Shown in pieces: positions 27,940 to 42,705 of a stretch of DNA of 64,000 nucleotides (position 1 is the first letter of the stretch; every line of letters begins with the position of its first letter). A program made the position numbers and the translations under genes. Origin of the DNA: Verrucomicrobiota bacterium (lineage in GTDB: Bacteria; Verrucomicrobiota; Verrucomicrobiia; Limisphaerales; JADLHS01); contig JBDHQI010000006.1 in assembly GCA_039806955.1 (NCBI GenBank), forward strand, positions 16,324 to 80,323, written 5' to 3'. The notes under the pieces are model-generated. The model was given only the letters and a program-made list of their open reading frames with translations, had not been told where the DNA came from and ran no database searches.

Positions 27940-28020
27940 GGTCGGTCAAAAAATGAGCAGGGCGCGCGTTTCCAATTATGACGCCGTAGCAGTGAAGCAG
28001 TAGAAAAAATTGATTCCATC

Positions 28021-28536
28021 ATGCGAGTAGAAAAACAAATTTTGACCCAGGAGTACATCGGCCGGTTGAACGCTTCGCCGTTCTTCATCGTTGTGGGTTA
28101 CCAAGGCTTGAAGGTAGAACAGTTGACCACCCTCCGCAAAAGCCTGCACGAGAACCAGGCCGAGGTGCATGTGGTCAAGAATTCCATTTTCCGGATCGCG
28201 GCCAAGGAAGCCGGGGTCACGGATTTGAATGACGCGCTGGCTGGTCAGTTGGCGGTGGTTACCGGGCAGAAAGACGTCTCCGTGGCGGCCAAGGTCTTGA
28301 AAAATTTTGCCGGACAGAACGACAAGTTGATCATCAAGTTCGGGTATCTGAACAGCGAGCGCCTGGAGCAGGCCGATTTGTTGACGTTGGCGGATTTGCC
28401 GAGCCTCGAAGTGCTGCGCGGCAAGTTGCTTGGCGTCATCAACGCGCCGGCGCAAAAGTTGGTCACGTTGCTCAACACCCCGGCGCAACAACTGGCGCGG
28501 GTGATCAAGGCCAAAGCCGAAAAGGCCGCCGCCTGA
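28021..28536 (+). CDS. rplJ: 50S ribosomal protein L10
   Basis: Lies between rplA and rplL. L10-like text (FFIVVGYQGLKVEQLTTLRKSL...). Confidence 0.95.
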   Translation: MRVEKQILTQEYIGRLNASPFFIVVGYQGLKVEQLTTLRKSLHENQAEVHVVKNSIFRIAAKEAGVTDLNDALAGQLAVVTGQKDVSVAAKVLKNFAGQNDKLIIKFGYLNSERLEQADLLTLADLPSLEVLRGKLLGVINAPAQKLVTLLNTPAQQLARVIKAKAEKAAA

Positions 28537-28671
28537 GCGTAAAGAATTTCCCGCCGTCAAGTCGGTGGCGGGATTTAACAAACCAGAAAGTAAATCGTCG
28601 GCTCATGGCCCTGAGTTGAAACCATCCGAGGCCCGGATGACGACGAGACGAAAAGAAAGCAAAAGACAGTT

Positions 28672-29058
28672 ATGGCAGACATCGCAAATATTGTGGAAGA
28701 GTTGAGCAAGTTGACGGTTATTGAAGCCGCTGACCTCGTGAAGAAACTGGAAGAAAAATGGGGCGTTACCGCCGCTGCTCCCGTGCCGATTGCCGCCGCT
28801 GGCGCGCCGGCTGCCGGTGGGGCTGCTCCCGCCGCCGCGAAAGATACTTTTGACGTCATCCTCGCTTCAGTACCCGCTGATAAGAAGATCGCGGTGATTA
28901 AAGCCGTGCGCGAAGTGAAGGCCGGACTCGGCCTGGCGGAAGCCAAGGCGTTGGTCGAAGGCGCGCCGAAATCCATCCTTGAGGACGCTAACAAGGCGGA
29001 CACAGATGCGGCCAAGAAGAAGCTGGAAGAGGCCGGCGCCAAAGTTGAAATCAAGTAA
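28672..29058 (+). CDS. rplL: 50S ribosomal protein L7/L12
   Basis: Ala/Pro hinge and C-terminal domain [29 protein letters not shown]...[15 protein letters not shown]. Confidence 0.98.
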   Translation: MADIANIVEELSKLTVIEAADLVKKLEEKWGVTAAAPVPIAAAGAPAAGGAAPAAAKDTFDVILASVPADKKIAVIKAVREVKAGLGLAEAKALVEGAPKSILEDANKADTDAAKKKLEEAGAKVEIK

Positions 29059-29073
29059 TTGGGGGATTACGGG

Positions 29074-29105
29074 CCGGGGCGATTTTTGTGGGATTATCGC
29101 CCCGG
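29074..29105 (+). promoter_or_regulatory. rplL-rpoB intergenic hairpin (attenuator-type structure)
   Basis: Perfect 10-bp stem CCGGGGCGAT / ATCGCCCCGG with a 12-nt loop. There is no downstream T-run, so it is not a classic terminator. It sits where the E. coli rplL-rpoB attenuator sits. Confidence 0.4.
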
Positions 29106-29269
29106 CTTCCCTTGAACCGCTTTATCTTAGAGTCCATACAACACGAATTCCAATTCAGCTTGGAATTCCCGGTTCGGCAAGTTTGCGATTGAACATCGCA
29201 GCCTTGCCTTGTGTCGTTGAGTAGAAAATTGACGTCCGATCAGGTGATCGGACCGTAGAAAAGGTCCAA

Positions 29270-32200
29270 ATGCCATCGCGAACCACTGAACGTATCAACT
29301 TCAGCAAAATCAAAGAGATCATCGCTCCGCCGAACCTGATCGAGTTGCAAACCAGTTCATACAAGGAATTTCAACAGGCGGACGTACCCGCATCCAAGCG
29401 CAAGAATCTTGGCATGCAGGCGGTCTTCACCGAGGTCTTCCCGATCGAGAGTTACGATGGCAAGGTGGTCCTGGACTTCCATTCCTACGAAATTGGCGAG
29501 CCCAAGGTAAGCTGGCTCGAATGTCTGCGTGAAGGATTGACGTACGGCGCGCCGCTCTACGTGACGTTTCTCCTCAAGGACGAGAAAGGTACGAAGGAAG
29601 AAAAAGTGTTCATGGGAGAGCTGCCGCTGATGACCCCACAAGGCACATTTGTCATCAACGGAGCGGAACGCGTAATTGTTTCGCAATTGCATCGTTCGCC
29701 CGGAATTGCGTTCGAGAAGACGATCCATCCGAACGGCAAGGAGTTGTTCAGCTTCCGTGTCATTCCGGATCGTGGCTCCTGGTACGAAGCGCAGTTTGAC
29801 ACGAGCGATTTGCTCTACGTCTATCTTGATCGCAAGAAGCGGCGCCGCAAATTTTTAACCACCACGCTGTTCCGCGCGCTGGCGTTTTTGGAAAGCGATG
29901 GGCAGAAGCCTTCCAAAAAGGATGCGGACAAACACCGGGGCACGGACGAGGAAATTCTGAAGTTATTCTACCAGATTGAAGAACTGACGATCAAAGAGGC
30001 GGAAAAACTGACCGAACTGCAAAACAAGGTTTTGATTCAAGACGCGGTGGACGAGGAGAAGGGACTGGTGATTGCGCGCGCCTTCGAGCCTTTGTCCAAG
30101 GCGGTCGTGAAACAGATTGCCGAGCTTGGCGTCAAGCAACTCAAGGTCGTGGATACTTCGTCGGATGATGGCATCATCATCAAGTGTATGAAGAAGGACC
30201 CGGCCAAGAATGAAGAGGAGGCTCTGAAGGATATTTATCGCCGTTTGCGCCCGGGGGATCCCCCGACTGCCGCCAATGCCAAGGCGCTGCTGAAACGCTT
30301 GTTCTTCGATCCGAAACGGTACGATTTGGGACGGGTCGGCCGCTACAAGATCAACCAGAAGCTTTCGCTTTCCAACAAGAACGAATCCCGCATTCTGACC
30401 AAGGAAGACCTGGTGGAGGCCACCAAGTATCTGCTGAAGCTCAAGCAGGGGGAAGGCTCGCTGGATGATATTGATCACTTGGGCAGTCGGCGCATTCGTA
30501 CCGTGGGTGAATTGCTGGCGAATCAGTGTCGAGTTGGTTTGGCGCGGACCGAGCGGCTCGTCAAAGAGCGCATGACGTTGCTCGATCAAGGTCTGGAGCA
30601 GATGACGCCGCAAAAGTTGATCAACCCCAAGGCGTTGAGCGCAGTCATTCGCGATTTCTTCGGTCGTTCGCAATTGAGCCAGTTCATGGATCAAATCAAT
30701 CCACTGGCCGAATTGACGCACAAGCGCCGTTTATCCGCTCTCGGACCAGGCGGCTTGTCGCGCGACCGGGCTGGATTCGAGGTGCGGGACGTGCATCCAT
30801 CGCACTATGGCCGCATTTGCCCAATCGAAACTCCTGAAGGTCCAAACATTGGTTTGATTGCGTCGCTGGCGACTTTTGCGCGGATCAATGACTTCGGCTT
30901 TTTGGAAACGCCGTACCGCAAGGTGGAGAATGGCCGGGTGACCGGACACTTGGATTATCTCACGGCGGATCGTGAAGAGCAGTACGTCGTGGCGCAGGCC
31001 AATGCGCCGATTGATGATCATGGCCGCTTTACCGTGGAACGCGTTCCGTGCCGTTATCGGGGCGACTTCATTGACGCCGATCCGGGCAAGGTGCATTACA
31101 TGGACGTTTCGCCGAAGCAATTGGTTTCCATCGCGGCTTCGTTGATTCCGTTCCTGGAACATGACGACGCGAACCGCGCCTTGATGGGGTCGAACATGCA
31201 ACGGCAGGCAGTGCCACTATTGGTTACCGAAGCGCCCTTTGTAGCCACGGGCATTGAGGATCGTGTGGCGCGCGACTCCCGCGCCATTGTGGTTGCGGAA
31301 GAAGCGGGTAAAGTCGCTTCCATCACCGGGGATCAGGTCATCATCACGCCGACTGGCGCTTTGCCGGAAGGTAAAAAGAAGATCAAGCCCGACCCCGAAA
31401 AAGGCGTGTGGGTTTATGAGATCCGCAAATTCATGCGGTCCAACGCCGCCACCTGCATCAATCAAAAAATTCTGGTGCATAAAGGTGAGTCGGTGAAAAA
31501 GGGGCAGATCATTGCGGATGGCCCTTGCACCGACCATGGCGAATTGGCGCTGGGACGCAATGTGTTGGTCGCGTTCATGCCGTGGAACGGTTACAACTTT
31601 GAGGACGCGATCCTTATCAGTGAGAAAATCGTGAAGGACGATATTTTCACCAGTATTCACATTGACGAGTTTGAAGTCGCCGCGCGGGATACCAAGCTCG
31701 GACCGGAGGAAATCACGCGGGACATTCCCAACCTGGGTGAGGAAGCGCTCAAAAATCTTGGCGCGGATGGCGTGATCCGCGTTGGCGCCGAGGTCAAGCC
31801 CGGCGACATTCTGGTCGGCAAGATTACACCGAAATCGGAGACCGAACTGGCACCCGAGGAACGTTTGCTGCGCGCCATCTTTGGCGAGAAGGCGGCGGAT
31901 GTGAAGGACACATCGCTCAAAGTGCCGTCCGGCACTTATGGCATCGTCATGGATGTCAAGGTGTCGGCGAAGAAGGACAGCGAGCGTAAAGAGTCGGCGG
32001 CCGAAGGAAAGCGCCAGTTGAAGCAGATCGAAGATGAACACCACAAGAAAATCGAGGAACTGCGCGATCAATTGACCGAAGCGTTAAGTAATATCCTGCT
32101 CGGCGAAAAAATTCCGTTGGATGTGGTAAACAGCGAAACCGGGGAGATCATCATTCCGGCCAATCGTAAGATCACCAAGACCCTGCTGCGCAAGCTCGCC

Positions 32201-33172
32201 GAGGTTTACGATCGCATTGAGATTGATCCTTCGCCGATCCGCAATAAAATCAACGAAATCATCGGCAGCTTCAAAAAGAAATTTGATGACGTTCAGATGC
32301 AGTTCGACGAGGAAGCCGAGCGCGCCGAAGCCGGTGAGGGGACGGACAGCGGTATCGTCAAGTCGGTGAAGGTGTACATCGCTTCCAAGCGGAAACTTTC
32401 CGTGGGTGACAAAATGGCGGGACGGCACGGCAACAAAGGGGTCGTGGCCCGGATCGTGGCGGAGGAAGACATGCCGTACCTGGCGGATGGAACGCCGGTG
32501 GAAATCGTGTTGAATCCGCTCGGCGTGCCCTCGCGTATGAACGTGGGTCAGGTGTTGGAAACGCACCTGGGCTGGGCGGCAAAAATTCTCAATCTGAAGT
32601 TCATGACCCCGGTGTTTGATGGCATCAAGGAGAAGCAGATCCGCAAATACCTCGAAGATGCCGGCAAGCTGGAGCGGGATCGGTATGAGACGGTCCTCGT
32701 CGGTGAAAACGGCAAGGCGTACCTCTATGATGGTCGCTCGGGCGATCGCTTCGATCAGGAAGTGGTCGTGGGATACATTTACATGATGAAGCTGGGGCAT
32801 CTGGTTGCCGATAAAATTCACGCCCGTGCGGTCGGGCCTTACTCGCTCGTCACACAGCAACCGCTGGGCGGCAAAGCGCAGTACGGCGGCCAACGCTTTG
32901 GCGAAATGGAAGTGTGGGCGATGGAAGCGTATGGCGCGGCGTACACACTGCAGGAATTGCTCACGGTGAAATCCGACGACGTGCAGGGGCGCACCCGGAT
33001 TTATGAGAGCATTGTCAAGGGCGATAATTCCCTCGAAGCCGGCATTCCGGAATCATTCAACGTCCTTGTCAAGGAAATGCAATCTCTGGGCCTGGATGTC
33101 AAAGTGGGTTACACCAATTCCGCTGATCAACCGCCGGAAAATCCTGCGGCGGCGTTGGCGGCAGCAAATTAA
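29270..33172 (+). CDS. rpoB: DNA-directed RNA polymerase subunit beta
   Basis: 1300 aa with the full set of conserved beta-subunit blocks (e.g. [24 protein letters not shown]). Confidence 0.99.
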   Translation: MPSRTTERINFSKIKEIIAPPNLIELQTSSYKEFQQADVPASKRKNLGMQAVFTEVFPIESYDGKVVLDFHSYEIGEPKVSWLECLREGLTYGAPLYVTFLLKDEKGTKEEKVFMGELPLMTPQGTFVINGAERVIVSQLHRSPGIAFEKTIHPNGKELFSFRVIPDRGSWYEAQFDTSDLLYVYLDRKKRRRKFLTTTLFRALAFLESDGQKPSKKDADKHRGTDEEILKLFYQIEELTIKEAEKLTELQNKVLIQDAVDEEKGLVIARAFEPLSKAVVKQIAELGVKQLKVVDTSSDDGIIIKCMKKDPAKNEEEALKDIYRRLRPGDPPTAANAKALLKRLFFDPKRYDLGRVGRYKINQKLSLSNKNESRILTKEDLVEATKYLLKLKQGEGSLDDIDHLGSRRIRTVGELLANQCRVGLARTERLVKERMTLLDQGLEQMTPQKLINPKALSAVIRDFFGRSQLSQFMDQINPLAELTHKRRLSALGPGGLSRDRAGFEVRDVHPSHYGRICPIETPEGPNIGLIASLATFARINDFGFLETPYRKVENGRVTGHLDYLTADREEQYVVAQANAPIDDHGRFTVERVPCRYRGDFIDADPGKVHYMDVSPKQLVSIAASLIPFLEHDDANRALMGSNMQRQAVPLLVTEAPFVATGIEDRVARDSRAIVVAEEAGKVASITGDQVIITPTGALPEGKKKIKPDPEKGVWVYEIRKFMRSNAATCINQKILVHKGESVKKGQIIADGPCTDHGELALGRNVLVAFMPWNGYNFEDAILISEKIVKDDIFTSIHIDEFEVAARDTKLGPEEITRDIPNLGEEALKNLGADGVIRVGAEVKPGDILVGKITPKSETELAPEERLLRAIFGEKAADVKDTSLKVPSGTYGIVMDVKVSAKKDSERKESAAEGKRQLKQIEDEHHKKIEELRDQLTEALSNILLGEKIPLDVVNSETGEIIIPANRKITKTLLRKLAEVYDRIEIDPSPIRNKINEIIGSFKKKFDDVQMQFDEEAERAEAGEGTDSGIVKSVKVYIASKRKLSVGDKMAGRHGNKGVVARIVAEEDMPYLADGTPVEIVLNPLGVPSRMNVGQVLETHLGWAAKILNLKFMTPVFDGIKEKQIRKYLEDAGKLERDRYETVLVGENGKAYLYDGRSGDRFDQEVVVGYIYMMKLGHLVADKIHARAVGPYSLVTQQPLGGKAQYGGQRFGEMEVWAMEAYGAAYTLQELLTVKSDDVQGRTRIYESIVKGDNSLEAGIPESFNVLVKEMQSLGLDVKVGYTNSADQPPENPAAALAAAN

Positions 33173-33202
33173 ACCGAGTCTCGACCGTATAATTTTAAGC
33201 GT

Positions 33203-37342
<4,140 letters not shown>

Positions 37343-37360
37343 GCCGGAAGTTTCAATCAC

Positions 37361-37400
37361 GAGGCGTTCTCAGAAATGGGAGCGCCTCTTTTGTTTCCCT
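37361..37400 (+). terminator. Intrinsic terminator after rpoC
   Basis: 11-bp stem (GAGGCGTTCTC / GGGAGCGCCTC, with G-U pairs), loop agaaat, followed by TTTTGTTTCCCTTTTT. Confidence 0.65.
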
Positions 37401-37422
37401 TTTTGTTTGCGGCAACAACTCT

Positions 37423-38889
37423 TCAAGCGCGGCGGCGGAAAAAGAAGTAACCGGGAGTCCCAATCAGAACCAGTCCCACGCCGAAGAGTGAATTCATGAT
37501 GGCGGTTTCACCCGCCGCCGAAGCCTGTTGGTAAACTATAAAATCGTTATACGCGGTGAAACCCAGAAAGGTGATGGCGAAGAGAATGAAAATGATGGGA
37601 ACAATTGGATACCCCGGAACGCGGTAGGGTCGCTCGACGTCCGGGAGTTTGCGTCGCAGGATGAAAACCCCGTAGGCGCCCGCCGCGTAGAAGGCCCAGG
37701 TCACGAAGATTAATGTGTCGGTCAGGGTGTCAAACGTGCCGCTGAAGAGCAGCAGCACGCTCCAGATGCCTTGTACGACCAGTGCTGCCGCGGGCGTCCG
37801 AAACCGAGGGTGGGTTCTCCCGATGAATCGTGGAAAAACATTCAGACGCGCCATCGAAAAGTAAACCCGGGCGGTGGCCATGATGATGGCGTTGGCCGTG
37901 CCAAAAGTGGAAAGCATGATCAAGGCGGCGATCCAGTTGCCGCCGCCCGCCACGATTTTCTCCGCAACGACAAAAGCGAAATATTTTTTTGTCTGCGCCA
38001 GTTCGCTCACCGGCAGGACGTAGAGATATGCCAGATTGATGAGCGCGTAGATGGCGGTCACCATCAGCATGCCCCAGAACAGGGCGCGCGGGATGTTGCG
38101 CTGTGGGGATTTAACTTCGCCCGCAATGTAAGTGAGCTTGTTCCAACCGTCGTAAGCCCAGAACGCACCTTGTAGCGCCGCGGCCAACGCCCCGACCCAA
38201 GCCAGTCCGTGCCGCGTTACGGACGGATCTGCCGTCGTGAGATTGGTCAAGCCGCCGACGGACGGCGCGAGAAACGCCCCTCCGGCGAGCAACAGCATGG
38301 TCCCCACTTTGGCGATGGTGAAAACATTCTGCACCAACCCGCCAAAGCGGATGCCCAGGTAATTTATGATGGTGAGTAGCACGATCAGCAGCGCGGCCAA
38401 TCCTTTGACGCCGATCTCAGCCAGTGGCTGGAGGTTGCCGATGTAGGGCAGATGGAATGACCAAGCTGCGAGTTCAGCGGGGAGCTGGGGCAGGGGCATC
38501 AACACTCCCGCGTATTCCGCAAACAAGTAGGCGACGGCAGCGATGGAGCCGCATTGAATGATTGAGAACAACGCCCAGCCGTACAGGTAGGCGAAGAACG
38601 ATCCGTACATGCGCTCAAAATAAATATACTGTCCGCCTGTTTCCGGGATCAGGCTGGCGATTTCCGCATTCGTCAGTGCCCCAAACAACGTGATCACTCC
38701 CGCCAGAATCCAGACGAGCATCAGCCATTGCGGTGACCCCAGTTCGGCCGCCATGACGCCGGTTTTGCGGAAGATGCCGGAGCCGATCACGCCGCCCGCG
38801 ACCAGCATGATGGTGGAGAAAAGCCCCAACGTCGGAATCAATCCGGCGTGGCTCCGATCGGCGGTGTCGGGGAGGCGCCCTGAATTCAT
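37423..38889 (-). CDS. APC-superfamily amino acid permease
   Basis: About 12 predicted TM helices with the N-terminal GSGIF motif (VAGGVIGSGIFRKTG). Confidence 0.9.
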   Translation of the reverse strand: MNSGRLPDTADRSHAGLIPTLGLFSTIMLVAGGVIGSGIFRKTGVMAAELGSPQWLMLVWILAGVITLFGALTNAEIASLIPETGGQYIYFERMYGSFFAYLYGWALFSIIQCGSIAAVAYLFAEYAGVLMPLPQLPAELAAWSFHLPYIGNLQPLAEIGVKGLAALLIVLLTIINYLGIRFGGLVQNVFTIAKVGTMLLLAGGAFLAPSVGGLTNLTTADPSVTRHGLAWVGALAAALQGAFWAYDGWNKLTYIAGEVKSPQRNIPRALFWGMLMVTAIYALINLAYLYVLPVSELAQTKKYFAFVVAEKIVAGGGNWIAALIMLSTFGTANAIIMATARVYFSMARLNVFPRFIGRTHPRFRTPAAALVVQGIWSVLLLFSGTFDTLTDTLIFVTWAFYAAGAYGVFILRRKLPDVERPYRVPGYPIVPIIFILFAITFLGFTAYNDFIVYQQASAAGETAIMNSLFGVGLVLIGTPGYFFFRRRA

Positions 38890-38948
38890 ATCATCCGTCG
38901 CTGAAAGGAACGCCGCCGCCGATCAACCGTCACGGTCGGTCCGGGTGT

Positions 38949-40826
38949 TCATCCGATTTCTTCTCGCAGCCGTTGCTCGGCGGCTTCATTGCTCAAGCCG
39001 TGTCGATGTCGCATCACGCTCACGCCAACCACGGGCGGATACGCCTGATCCGCTTTCATGCGCGGCTCGACGTATTCAAACACCTCGAACAACAGTTTAT
39101 TTCCCGTCACGTAGTCCAGTCCGGTGAGCTTCTGGATGTAGCGCGTGGCCCGGTCAATGAGCTTCAGATTGCTCGGCACCACCCAAATCATGTAATTGCC
39201 CATCACGCGACCGAGCCGGACCATCGTGCCGGTGGAAAGAGTATTAAGCAGCATTTTCAAACCCACCCGCATCACGCCGTTCAAGCGCAAGCCGGTTTCA
39301 GGCACGGGTAGAAAAACCGCTGCGCAAGCCGGATTCCATTGTGCGACAAACTCCTTCATCTCGCGGCAACCTGACTCGCTGCCCACGTAAATCAATCCTG
39401 TCTTCGCGCCGGCTTGGACTGCGTTCTCCAGTTGGACGCGATGAAATCCGCGCGGCTCCAGCAGTGAGGCTTTCTCCGCCTCGATGACCAGGCCGACGGC
39501 GCAATCGCCTCGGCCCAGCGGGCGGTTCACAATGCCGTCCAAGCCAATGCGGAAGCGCATCAACTCCGTGTAACTGATCTTGCTGATGATCTCGATGGTG
39601 CGGGCGTATTTATCGTCCGGCACGAGCCCGCGCACGGCTTCGGGTTTCCACTCGACGCAACGCGGCTGGCGTTTGCAGACACGCTCCCATGCTTCATCGG
39701 AATTTTTGTAAGGCACATAAAGGAACGCCCACGATTCCGTCGCCGTGGTGTCATCGAACTTGCGGAACGGCGGCGTGCAATAGGTGGGAGAGCGCTCGGT
39801 TGTATCCGTGAGCATGTCAATGCCAACGCGATCGGCAAAATAATTGTTCTTGTGGCCGGCGCGGTAAACCGTCGCTTCCATGCTGGTAAGCCGGGCCAGT
39901 TGATCGAGTAACTCGGGGGATTTTAGCGTGGCGTGCAGGGCCGTGAGTTGCGCGAGGAATTCCTGCGGCGTGGGGTCGGTATTGCAGTCGCCCACCAGAT
40001 TGCGCACGACTATTTCCAGAATCGTCACCATGACGGCGAGTTCAATGCTGGTGGCTTGCATCCGCGTCGAGCCGGTGATACCCATCGGCCCCGTGGTGAG
40101 GTTGATTTTTTCGATGCGTGCGTCCTGGATCACTTCGCGGCTGCGCTGGACGTGCTCGCAGAGGATTTCATCCGGGTTGTTATAGACAAAGTAAACTTTT
40201 GCTCCTGCCTCGACCCCTTTCCAGGCCGTGCCGATGACGAACGATGTCTCACCGCCTTCCGTGATGGCAAACACCACGTCCTTGCGGCTCACACCCAAAT
40301 CGCCGATCTGCTTTTTTCCGAAATCCGTGAAATCCTCGAAGCCTTCCACGGATTTGATCAGGGCAAAATCACCACCGGCCATGACGGGGAACGCGCGATT
40401 TTCGTATTCTTCAGACGCGCCCCTCACCCCGTCCCTCTCCCCATCCGATGGGGTGAGGGTGGCCGAAGGCCGGGTGAGGGATTTCTGTTGTTGCCAGAAA
40501 TCGCGCCAGAGGGAGGCGAGTTGAATACTGAGCCGCCCGGTTGAACCGCAGCCGGTGAAGTAAAGATTGCCGCCGTCCTTCAGCGCGGCGAGCACCGTGG
40601 CGGCGATCTTCTGTGCGCGGCCGGATTCGGCAAACTCGCGATACTTTCGCACCACGTCATCATCCACATCGAACAACAGCTTCAACCCGGCGGCAATGTC
40701 CTGTTTTGTCACGTCACTGAGATTGGCGGTGACGGGATGAGAGGATTCGGTGGTCAGTGCGCCGAGTTTGAATTGGTCGGCAATTTTTAGAAAATCAGCG
40801 GAACGTTGATCGGAAGTTTGACTCAT
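38949..40826 (-). CDS. Double-SIS protein of the MurQ etherase / glucokinase-regulatory-protein (GKRP) family
   Basis: LTTESSHPVT..., YFTGCGSTGRL, GPMGITGSTRMQATSIELAV, and a C-terminal LKMLLNTLSTGTMVRLGRVMGNYMIWVVPSNLKLIDRA block. 625 aa from ATG 40826. Confidence 0.8.
   Translation of the reverse strand: MSQTSDQRSADFLKIADQFKLGALTTESSHPVTANLSDVTKQDIAAGLKLLFDVDDDVVRKYREFAESGRAQKIAATVLAALKDGGNLYFTGCGSTGRLSIQLASLWRDFWQQQKSLTRPSATLTPSDGERDGVRGASEEYENRAFPVMAGGDFALIKSVEGFEDFTDFGKKQIGDLGVSRKDVVFAITEGGETSFVIGTAWKGVEAGAKVYFVYNNPDEILCEHVQRSREVIQDARIEKINLTTGPMGITGSTRMQATSIELAVMVTILEIVVRNLVGDCNTDPTPQEFLAQLTALHATLKSPELLDQLARLTSMEATVYRAGHKNNYFADRVGIDMLTDTTERSPTYCTPPFRKFDDTTATESWAFLYVPYKNSDEAWERVCKRQPRCVEWKPEAVRGLVPDDKYARTIEIISKISYTELMRFRIGLDGIVNRPLGRGDCAVGLVIEAEKASLLEPRGFHRVQLENAVQAGAKTGLIYVGSESGCREMKEFVAQWNPACAAVFLPVPETGLRLNGVMRVGLKMLLNTLSTGTMVRLGRVMGNYMIWVVPSNLKLIDRATRYIQKLTGLDYVTGNKLLFEVFEYVEPRMKADQAYPPVVGVSVMRHRHGLSNEAAEQRLREEIG
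40419..40480. repeat. Palindromic 'CCCTCACCCC / GGGGTGAGGG' element embedded in-frame in the SIS gene
   Basis: cccctcacccc (40420-40430) pairs with ggggtgaggg (40450-40459), with a third copy cgggtgaggg at 40471-40480. It is translated antisense as ...TLTPSDGERDGVRGAS... Confidence 0.55.
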
Positions 40827-40959
40827 AAATATTCCCGAGTAATAGCGAAACAGGGGGCAAAGGTCGAGTCCGCATCCGCAGGAAAAGCAACATGATTGTG
40901 CCTGTGGCAATACGCGGTCAGCGGCGCTTGAATCAGTGTGGACGCCAACCGCTATCAGT

Positions 40960-41904
40960 TCAAGGCAGCGGTTCGCCGCGCGCCGCGAGCAGCAGCCGAT
41001 ACCATTCCTCGCGCGTCAATTCGAGCTTGGTCGCCTCAACCGCGTCGCGGATGCGCTGCGGATGCGTCGTGCCGACGATGGGGAGAATGCGGCTTGGATG
41101 TTTGAGCAGCCAGGCGTAAGCAATCACGATTCGGCTCACGCCGCGCGCGGCGGCGATTTCATCCAGCGCCTTCACGATAGCGGTGGTCTGGTAACCTTGT
41201 TGCGCGGGCAACAGGCGTTTCGCGCTATCGCCGAGCAAGCCGGCGCCGAGTGGACTCCACGCCATCGGGGTGATGCTCTTTTCCAAACATTGGTCCAGCG
41301 TGCCGTCGTCAAACGCGGCGCGTTGGGCCAGACTGATTTCCACCTGATTGACCACGAGCGGGAAGGGGACGGTGGCCTGCAACGCGGCAACCAGCGACGG
41401 ACGAAAATTGCTGACGCCGAAGCAGCGCACCTTACCCGCGTCGTACAGTTGCGCGAACGCGCCCGCGATTTCGTGCGGGTCGCCGAGATAATCCGGGCGA
41501 TGCAGCAGGTAGAGATCAAGCGTCTCGATGCCGAGACGCTGCAACGAACCTTCGCAGGACCGGATGATGTAATCCGGCGCGAAATCGTAGCGTTGTGGCG
41601 CATCAGAGTTGGGATCGCCAGCGCGCCGCACCCCGCACTTGCTGGTGATGAGGATGCGTTCGCGCATTCCGGATACTTCCCGCAGCGCTTTTCCCAAAAT
41701 GACCTCGGCTTGACCGTGCCCGTAAATATCCGCGCCATCGAACAAGGTGTAACCGGCTTCATACGCCGCAACGACCGCCGCCTTGCCGTCCGCCTCGATC
41801 GCCGCCGCGCTGCTGGTCGAGTGGCGCGGATCGGCGAGCCGCCAGCAACCATACGCCAGCCGACTGACCTGTGTTGAACTATTTCCCAGCCGGATCGTTT
41901 TCAT
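40960..41904 (-). CDS. Aldo/keto reductase
   Basis: SRLAYGCWRL, FDGADIYGHGQAE, LDLYLLHRPD and a C-terminal IPIVGTTHPQRI motif. ATG 41904. Confidence 0.9.
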   Translation of the reverse strand: MKTIRLGNSSTQVSRLAYGCWRLADPRHSTSSAAAIEADGKAAVVAAYEAGYTLFDGADIYGHGQAEVILGKALREVSGMRERILITSKCGVRRAGDPNSDAPQRYDFAPDYIIRSCEGSLQRLGIETLDLYLLHRPDYLGDPHEIAGAFAQLYDAGKVRCFGVSNFRPSLVAALQATVPFPLVVNQVEISLAQRAAFDDGTLDQCLEKSITPMAWSPLGAGLLGDSAKRLLPAQQGYQTTAIVKALDEIAAARGVSRIVIAYAWLLKHPSRILPIVGTTHPQRIRDAVEATKLELTREEWYRLLLAARGEPLP

Positions 41905-42054
41905 GGATCGGTTAAAGTGAGAGGAGCTTACCGGGTCCAGTCGAAGCGCCCAAGCAATTCTCATCGCAATCCGCATCATATTCCTGGTTGCCGAAGTCCG
42001 CCGAAGCTCCGCTGGCTTGCCAGTCGGTGCCTGCGTTCGCTATGCTTTCTCCGC

Positions 42055-42618
42055 ATGGCGACCGAAGCTGCAGCTTCACAATCCGATCTTATCCCGCTGG
42101 TGGCGGATTTGGACGGCACCCTTATTCGCACCGATTTGATGTGGGAATCATTGCGGTTGTGGCTGCGTCCGAATCCGTTGCGTTTGTTTGCGGTTCTGGC
42201 CTGGTGGCTGCGCGGGCGCGCGTTCTTGAAACGGCAATTGGGCCAACGGGTGCGGGTAAATCCCAATGTGTTGCCCTACCATGCGGAGTTTCTGGATTGG
42301 CTGCGGTCCGAAAAACGGAAGGGGCGCAAACTGATTTTAGCCACGGCTTCAGATTATCAAATGGCGCTGCCGGTTTTTCAGCACGTTGGCATCTTCGACG
42401 AATTCATGGCCAGTGATGGGAAGATCAACCTGCGTGGAGAAAACAAGCGGCGCGCGTTGTCTGCCAAGTATGGCGAACACGGTTACGACTACGCGGGCAA
42501 CTCTTCCGTGGATCTTGGCGTCTGGCCGGGTTGCCGCGCCGCCATCGTGGTCAATGCCCCCGCCGGATTGTCCGATCGAGTCGCTCAGGTAACGCAAGTG
42601 GCGCAGGTCTTCAATTAA
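42055..42618 (+). CDS. HAD-superfamily (subfamily IB-like) phosphatase
   Basis: DLDGTL motif I, TAS (motif II) and GNSSVD (motif IV-like). ATG 42055. Confidence 0.7.
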   Translation: MATEAAASQSDLIPLVADLDGTLIRTDLMWESLRLWLRPNPLRLFAVLAWWLRGRAFLKRQLGQRVRVNPNVLPYHAEFLDWLRSEKRKGRKLILATASDYQMALPVFQHVGIFDEFMASDGKINLRGENKRRALSAKYGEHGYDYAGNSSVDLGVWPGCRAAIVVNAPAGLSDRVAQVTQVAQVFN

Positions 42619-42705
42619 GGTGAAGGATTAACGTGCTGGAATGGGATTGAGTTTGTTCCGGTTTTGAGCATTCTGTTGCGTCAGCGGAATTAATTTTCCC
42701 ATTTT

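Noticed and set aside
27940-28020. Possible ribosomal-protein L10 leader / autoregulatory RNA upstream of rplJ
   Set aside because: The position is plausible, but I cannot recognise the conserved leader structure by eye. It needs an Rfam covariance-model scan, so it is not reported as a feature.
40827-40910. Cys-rich N-terminal extension (MPQAQSCCFSCGCGLDLCPLF...) of the SIS gene ORF
   Set aside because: The MurQ/GKRP-like homology begins right after the internal ATG at 40826 (MSQTSDQRSADFLK...). The extension is most simply explained as upstream non-coding sequence in frame.
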